This document shows, in pieces, positions 59,349 through 64,000 of a stretch of 64,000 nt of DNA (positions are counted from its first letter, which is position 1; each line of letters starts with the position of its first letter). The DNA is from Candidatus Limosilactobacillus merdigallinarum (GTDB lineage Bacteria > Bacillota > Bacilli > Lactobacillales > Lactobacillaceae). A program made the translations under genes and the position numbers. The DNA lies in NCBI GenBank assembly GCA_019114515.1, contig DXFH01000011.1, positions 73,631 to 137,630 on the forward strand. The letters run 5' to 3'. A model generated the notes under the pieces. The model saw nothing but the letters and a program-made list of their open reading frames with translations. It had not been told where the DNA came from and made no database searches.

Positions 59349-59364
59349 TGTTTCACGTGAAACA
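59349..59364. promoter_or_regulatory. Perfect 16-bp palindrome TGTTTCACGTGAAACA immediately after a stop codon
   Basis: It directly abuts TAG 59346-59348, has no T-run, and lies ~100 nt upstream of pepO. It is an operator or RNA-hairpin candidate. Confidence 0.35.
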
Positions 59365-59462
59365 TTAACCTAAGGATTAGCAACATCCTGGTGTAAAATT
59401 TAAGTATTAATAATAGGACAAATGTCGGTAACCCTGCAGTAAGTAATTCGAGGAGAAATGAT

Positions 59463-61358
59463 ATGGCAATTAACGAACAAGAAATTCATGATGACCTTTA
59501 TGAAGCTGTCAATGGTGAGTGGTTAAAGACGGCCAAGATTCCGGATGATAAACCAGCCACCGGTGGCTTTAACGATCTGGTTGATGACATTGACAAATTG
59601 TTAATGAATGATTTGGATGACATGGTTAAGTCACAACCTGATGATGCCCGCATGCAAGAAGCCGTTAAACTGTATCAGTTAGCTAAAGACTTTGATCGGC
59701 GGGAAAAGGAAGGCGCTCAACCGCTGATGGACCGCTTGCAAACAATTCAACAGCTGCAATCATATGCTGATTACAGTAAGCAATGGTCACAATTGATCTT
59801 AGATGGTTTTGCCTCACCAGTATCTTTTGACATTGATGCGGACATGAAGAATGCCCGGGTATACGCTTTATTTGCCGGTGCTCCAGGGTTAATCCTGCCA
59901 GATAAGAGCTACTATGAACCAAAGAATGAACAAGGCCCGCAATTGCTGGAACTCTGGTCACAATTGACGACACAACTGCTGGTTAAAGTTGGCTTCGCTG
60001 CGGATAAAGCTGCTGCCATGGTGAAGGCGACGGTCGCCTTTGATGCCCTGTTAGTACCGCATGTTAAGAGTGCCGAAGAATCTGCAGATTACAGCAAGAT
60101 GTACAATCCTGAAAGTTTTAAGCAATTTGCTGAGCATACCGACCAGCTGGATCTCAGCGAAGTAGTGAAGGGCTTGATTAAGCAGAGCCCAGAAAAGATC
60201 ATTGTAACCGAGCCAAAATACATACAGGCATTGGATGGTATTTTAAAGGATCACTTCGACCTCTTTAAGAATTGGCTGTTAGTCAACGAGGTGAATAACT
60301 GTTCTAGCTTGCTGACCGATGAAATTCGGATCCTGGGCGGTCAATATGGTCGTGCTTTGTCGGGTAGCAAGAAGGCAGTTAACCACCGTAAATTTGCTTT
60401 CTACCTGACGCGGGGCATGTTTAGCCAAGTCATTGGTGACTATTACGGCAAGAAGTACTTTGGCCCGCAAGCCAAGGCCGACGTTGAACACATGGTGCAC
60501 CAGATGGTTAAAATTTACGAGCACCGGTTGTATAACAATGACTGGCTGTCTAAAGCAACGCGTGATCAGGCCATCGTGAAGCTGCAACATCTTGGCATTC
60601 AGGTTGGTTACCCTGACCGCATTCCAGACTTGTACAACCACTTGCACACGGATCCTAAGCATACGCTGCTAGCTAACGTATGTGCAATGGATCGGGTTGC
60701 TGCTGAAGAAACATTTAGTCGCTTTGGCAAGCAAGTTGACCGGACGCGGTGGGAAATGAGTGCCGCGACAGTAAATGCTTATTACCACCCGTTCAAGAAC
60801 ATCATTGTTTTCCCTGCCGCTATTTTGCAGGCACCATTCTACAGTTTGAAACAAAGCAGCAGTGAAAACTATGGTGGGATTGGAGCAGTTATTGCTCATG
60901 AAATTTCCCATGCCTTTGATAACAATGGGGCGTTGTTTGATGAATATGGGAATCTCAACAATTGGTGGACTGATGAAGACCGCAAGCACTTTAAGCGGCT
61001 TTCCCAGAAGATGATCACCGAATTTGATGGACTACCATTTGCGGGTCAAAAGGTAAATGGCAAGCTCACCGTTTCGGAAAATATTGCGGATGCTGGTGGT
61101 CTATCATGTGCACTTGAGGCAGCTCAAGGTGAAGAGGACTATTCAGGTCGTGAATTCTTTATTAACTGGGCACGCATTTGGCGGATGAAGGCGACTACTC
61201 AGTACATGCAATTACTGTTGTCCATTGATGTTCATGCACCAAATAAGCTGCGGGCGAACGTGCAGGTGCAAAATCTGGATGAATTCTTCAAGACCTTTGA
61301 TATTCATGAAGGCGATGGTATGTGGAAGGCTCCAGCAGACCGGGTTAATATTTGGTAA
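59463..61358 (+). CDS. pepO: Neutral endopeptidase PepO (M13 family)
   Basis: 631-aa ORF with HEISHAFD (HExxH) and ENIADAGG. No signal peptide, as is typical for lactic acid bacteria PepO. Confidence 0.93.
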   Translation: MAINEQEIHDDLYEAVNGEWLKTAKIPDDKPATGGFNDLVDDIDKLLMNDLDDMVKSQPDDARMQEAVKLYQLAKDFDRREKEGAQPLMDRLQTIQQLQSYADYSKQWSQLILDGFASPVSFDIDADMKNARVYALFAGAPGLILPDKSYYEPKNEQGPQLLELWSQLTTQLLVKVGFAADKAAAMVKATVAFDALLVPHVKSAEESADYSKMYNPESFKQFAEHTDQLDLSEVVKGLIKQSPEKIIVTEPKYIQALDGILKDHFDLFKNWLLVNEVNNCSSLLTDEIRILGGQYGRALSGSKKAVNHRKFAFYLTRGMFSQVIGDYYGKKYFGPQAKADVEHMVHQMVKIYEHRLYNNDWLSKATRDQAIVKLQHLGIQVGYPDRIPDLYNHLHTDPKHTLLANVCAMDRVAAEETFSRFGKQVDRTRWEMSAATVNAYYHPFKNIIVFPAAILQAPFYSLKQSSSENYGGIGAVIAHEISHAFDNNGALFDEYGNLNNWWTDEDRKHFKRLSQKMITEFDGLPFAGQKVNGKLTVSENIADAGGLSCALEAAQGEEDYSGREFFINWARIWRMKATTQYMQLLLSIDVHAPNKLRANVQVQNLDEFFKTFDIHEGDGMWKAPADRVNIW

Positions 61359-61363
61359 TTATC

Positions 61364-61879
61364 ATGAATAAAATCAAAATTATTCAAGGAGATATCACCA
61401 CATTAAAGGTTGATGCGATCGTCAATGCTGCTAATACTACGCTTCGTGGTGGCGGTGGCGTGGATGGTGCGATTCACCGCGCGGCAGGTCCGGAATTGGA
61501 TGTTGCCTGTGCCCGTTTTCATGGTTGCAATACGGGTGAAGCCCGCATTACGCCAGGCTTTCGTTTACCGGCGCGTTATATTATCCATACCCCTGGTCCC
61601 TTCTGGCAAGGCGGCCATCATGGTGAGGCGCAATTGTTGCACAATAGTTATTACAATAGCTTGGCGCTGGCTGCACAGCAGCATTGTGAAACGGTTGCTT
61701 TTCCGTCAATCAGCACCGGGGTGTATGCATATCCGTTAGACCAAGCCGCTGAAGTAGCGTTAACTACGATTGCCGACTTTTTAAAGAATAATCAGGTGGT
61801 GCAAACTGTCTTTATGGTTTGTTTTGATCCACGGACATTAACAGCCTACCAACAAGCGTATCAAGAACTTAATCGCTAA
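61364..61879 (+). CDS. Macro-domain protein (O-acetyl-ADP-ribose deacetylase / YmdB-like)
   Basis: MNKIKIIQGDITTLKVDAIVNAANTTLRGGGGVDGAIHRAAG...AFPSISTGVY. Start ATG 61364, 5 nt after the pepO stop. Confidence 0.88.
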   Translation: MNKIKIIQGDITTLKVDAIVNAANTTLRGGGGVDGAIHRAAGPELDVACARFHGCNTGEARITPGFRLPARYIIHTPGPFWQGGHHGEAQLLHNSYYNSLALAAQQHCETVAFPSISTGVYAYPLDQAAEVALTTIADFLKNNQVVQTVFMVCFDPRTLTAYQQAYQELNR

Positions 61880-61906
61880 GATGATCGATGGAAAGAAGCG
61901 AGCAAT

Positions 61907-63511
61907 ATGGATAACCATCCAGGTTTAAAGCTACGTTTAGCTTATACGAGCGTCACGAGTCACCAAGCAACTTTAGTATGGTCACGACCAGCACAGCCCG
62001 TTGATCATTTTGAATTGCAGTGGGGTGATCAACAGACGGTACACTTGGCAAATAGTCGCTACTATTGTGAAATGACAAAGCTGACGCCAGCAACCAACTA
62101 TGTAGCAACTTTAACCACTTTCTTCTTTGATGGGACGAAGACACAATCGTCATTGTCAGTGGTCACGCCAGCGGCCGGTAAAGTAATCGATGTCAGTGAA
62201 CCGCCATACTGTGCCATAGATAGTGACATGGTACAGACGGCCAACCTGCAGGCGGCAATTGATGACTGTCCGGCAGGTGGCACGGTAGCTATCCCGGAAG
62301 GACTGCGTGTGATCAGCGGCGCAATTGATCTTCACTCACATATGACCTTGCAGGTTGATGGTGAACTAATCGGGAGTACTGATCCGTTTGACTACATTGT
62401 TGACCAATTAAAGGATCGTGATCAGGGAATCAACCAGGATGATCTAGTTTGGACTCGGTACGAGGGCTGGGAGATGCAATGCTTCCGTTCGTTAATTAAC
62501 GTGGGTCATTTAAACTGCCAAGAACGCTCGCAGGTTACTTGTACCGATGTCAAAATCGTAGGCCATGGAGTAATTCGTGGCGGTGGCAATGAACTCGGCA
62601 ATGCCATGGAGAGTTACTTTGCAGATACGAAGTGTTATCCGCAATACCTATCAGATAATATTCCGGGCCGTCGTGTTCGGGGACGACTGGTCAATGTGAT
62701 TCAAACCGATGGCATTTGTCTACGTGATGTTAAGCTACAGAATCCACCTTGCTGGACGCTTCATTTGATCTATTCACAACATATTACTGTTGATAGCGTT
62801 CAGATTAATTCGGTCGGGATTGATAATGGCGATGGCATTGATCCGGATTCATGCAGCCACATGCTGATTTTTGGGGCAAGCTTTGATACCGGCGATGACT
62901 GCATTGCAATTAAATCGGGCAAGAATCCTGAAGGTAACCAGATTAATATTCCAACGACGGACATTGAAATCTTTAACTTGCAGATGCTACGCGGCCATGG
63001 CATGGCAGTTGGTACCGAAGAATCCGGTGGTGTCCAGCATGTCTTAGTTCATGATTGTATTATTCACGACACTGATTTTGGTATCGAATTGAAGGCCAGC
63101 AATGATCGCGGTGGTGAGGTAGTCGATTTTAACGTCGACCATTGCCAAATTGACAGTTTTTTCGCACACAGCGTTAACTATAATGCGGATGGCGAACCAG
63201 CCATACAGCTGCCGGTCTTTACACAATTACGGATCACGAATACTCGTATTACCGGCAATACCCACCAGCAAGATGTAATGGGTAATTCAATTGATGCTTT
63301 TGGTAAAGCGATTGAAGTGATCGGCTTTCAAAATGAAAAAGAAACCAGCTTAGTCGCTGGCCTGGTAGTACGCAACGTGATTTTAGATCATGCCAGTGAT
63401 TCTTGCTACTTCAATCACTGTCAGGGCGTCAGCTTAGCCGGCGTAAGCAGTCGTCAGGGAAGACTCAACTTGCAAATTGGGCCAGATGTGAGTCAATTGC
63501 AGATTAATTAA
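61907..63511 (+). CDS. Glycoside hydrolase family 28 (exo-polygalacturonase-like) with an N-terminal FN3-like domain and no signal peptide
   Basis: GH28 blocks NGDGIDPDSC, GDDCIAIKSG, GHGMAVGTE and IELKA. The N-terminus ATLVWSRP...YVATLTTF is FN3-like. Confidence 0.85.
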   Translation: MDNHPGLKLRLAYTSVTSHQATLVWSRPAQPVDHFELQWGDQQTVHLANSRYYCEMTKLTPATNYVATLTTFFFDGTKTQSSLSVVTPAAGKVIDVSEPPYCAIDSDMVQTANLQAAIDDCPAGGTVAIPEGLRVISGAIDLHSHMTLQVDGELIGSTDPFDYIVDQLKDRDQGINQDDLVWTRYEGWEMQCFRSLINVGHLNCQERSQVTCTDVKIVGHGVIRGGGNELGNAMESYFADTKCYPQYLSDNIPGRRVRGRLVNVIQTDGICLRDVKLQNPPCWTLHLIYSQHITVDSVQINSVGIDNGDGIDPDSCSHMLIFGASFDTGDDCIAIKSGKNPEGNQINIPTTDIEIFNLQMLRGHGMAVGTEESGGVQHVLVHDCIIHDTDFGIELKASNDRGGEVVDFNVDHCQIDSFFAHSVNYNADGEPAIQLPVFTQLRITNTRITGNTHQQDVMGNSIDAFGKAIEVIGFQNEKETSLVAGLVVRNVILDHASDSCYFNHCQGVSLAGVSSRQGRLNLQIGPDVSQLQIN

Positions 63512-63512
63512 A

Positions 63513-63553
63513 GAAAGCCCTAATGCACGGATAAATCGTGCATTAGGGCTTTC
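63513..63553. terminator. Hairpin between convergent genes (probable bidirectional terminator)
   Basis: AGAAAGCCCTAATGCACG-loop-CGTGCATTAGGGCTTTCT. The flanking T-runs are weak. Confidence 0.6.
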
Positions 63554-63557
63554 TACG

Positions 63558-63974
63558 TTACTGTGACAGACTATTACCGTATTTATTAAGCTTAACTAGC
63601 AAATATTTTAGTGGAATGTAGTACTTATTTTGAGCGAATGTCTGTCCTTCCTTATTGTTCAGATTTTCTTCGATCAGCATTACAACATCATCATTGGAGA
63701 AGAATTTATGATGGAAGGTGTTTGCTTTGCGCAGGGATTGTTGCATATTAACTTGAATATGCGCAGCATTTTGGTAAATTTTATGGCTAATAAAATGTTT
63801 TAGGGCAACTTTGTCATACTTTTCAAAACCATCTGGTAATGCTGCATCAGTTATGATCGAAAATTCATTGCCAATTACTTGATCATTATGTTTAAACCAA
63901 ACATTGAACGATCCGTACCTTTTAGTATTACCAAAGACTTTTTTGGAATAGGCAGTTCCGTCGTTGCATTTCAT
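63558..63974 (-). CDS. Hypothetical protein in an AT-rich segment; the frame stays open upstream to the window edge
   Basis: 138 aa from the first ATG. The in-frame codons from 63975 to 64000 contain no stop (..TVDSNDIA-MKCNDG..), so the gene may start beyond the window. Confidence 0.5.
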   Translation of the reverse strand: MKCNDGTAYSKKVFGNTKRYGSFNVWFKHNDQVIGNEFSIITDAALPDGFEKYDKVALKHFISHKIYQNAAHIQVNMQQSLRKANTFHHKFFSNDDVVMLIEENLNNKEGQTFAQNKYYIPLKYLLVKLNKYGNSLSQ

Positions 63975-64000
63975 TGCGATATCGTTCGAATCAACTGTAA

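Noticed and set aside
63980-63995. A GTTCGAATC string resembling a tRNA T-loop.
   Set aside because: No acceptor stem, D-arm or anticodon arm can be drawn around it, and it lies inside an open reading frame.
1-64000. Search for CRISPR arrays, rRNA or tRNA genes, prophage or integrase genes, and classical restriction-modification or known defence operons.
   Set aside because: I saw no regularly spaced direct repeats, no rRNA- or tRNA-like sequence and no recombinase or phage structural ORFs. All large ORFs are accounted for by housekeeping or transport functions, except those listed in the findings.

Overview
This window is the chromosomal replication-origin region of a Lactobacillaceae-type Firmicute, judged from gene order, KxYKxGKxW-type signal peptides and the peptidase set; species not determined. 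The left 16 kb is the conserved origin core. On the minus strand: ssb (3' end runs off the window), rpsF, gyrA, gyrB, recF, yaaA, dnaN, dnaA. On the plus strand: rpmH, rnpA, yidC, jag, mnmE, mnmG. DnaA-box clusters lie on both sides of dnaA (bipartite oriC). The dnaA-dnaN spacer also carries a DnaA-box / GC spacer / TAG-trio / AT-rich arrangement.

The remaining ~48 kb is housekeeping and accessory metabolism:
- three FtsX/MacB-type ABC exporters
- an ABC importer behind a structured leader
- peptidases pepC, pepD, pepO
- a T-box-controlled ThrRS that lacks the TGS domain and all editing-site His/Cys residues
- ahpC and mntH
- a sucrose phosphorylase locus with a LacI regulator
- argR, efp and a GH73 hydrolase with six LysM repeats
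- a macro-domain protein and a cytoplasmic GH28 enzyme

Three genes are visibly decayed: a YjbR/EVE fusion, an ENPP-like phosphodiesterase and a UMF1-type MFS transporter. The last two, plus pepD, sit between inverted copies of a ~105-nt terminator-containing repeat.

The best candidate for an uncharacterised system is a translationally coupled four-gene operon at 55967-59348. It encodes a 3-methyladenine glycosylase, an AAA+ (MoxR/CbbQ-like) ATPase, a zincin-HExxH/VWA fusion and a 99-aa protein.

I saw no rRNA, tRNA, CRISPR array, transposase, integrase or prophage genes. All calls rest on reading the sequence and the ORF translations. No database search was run, and family names are recalled from memory.
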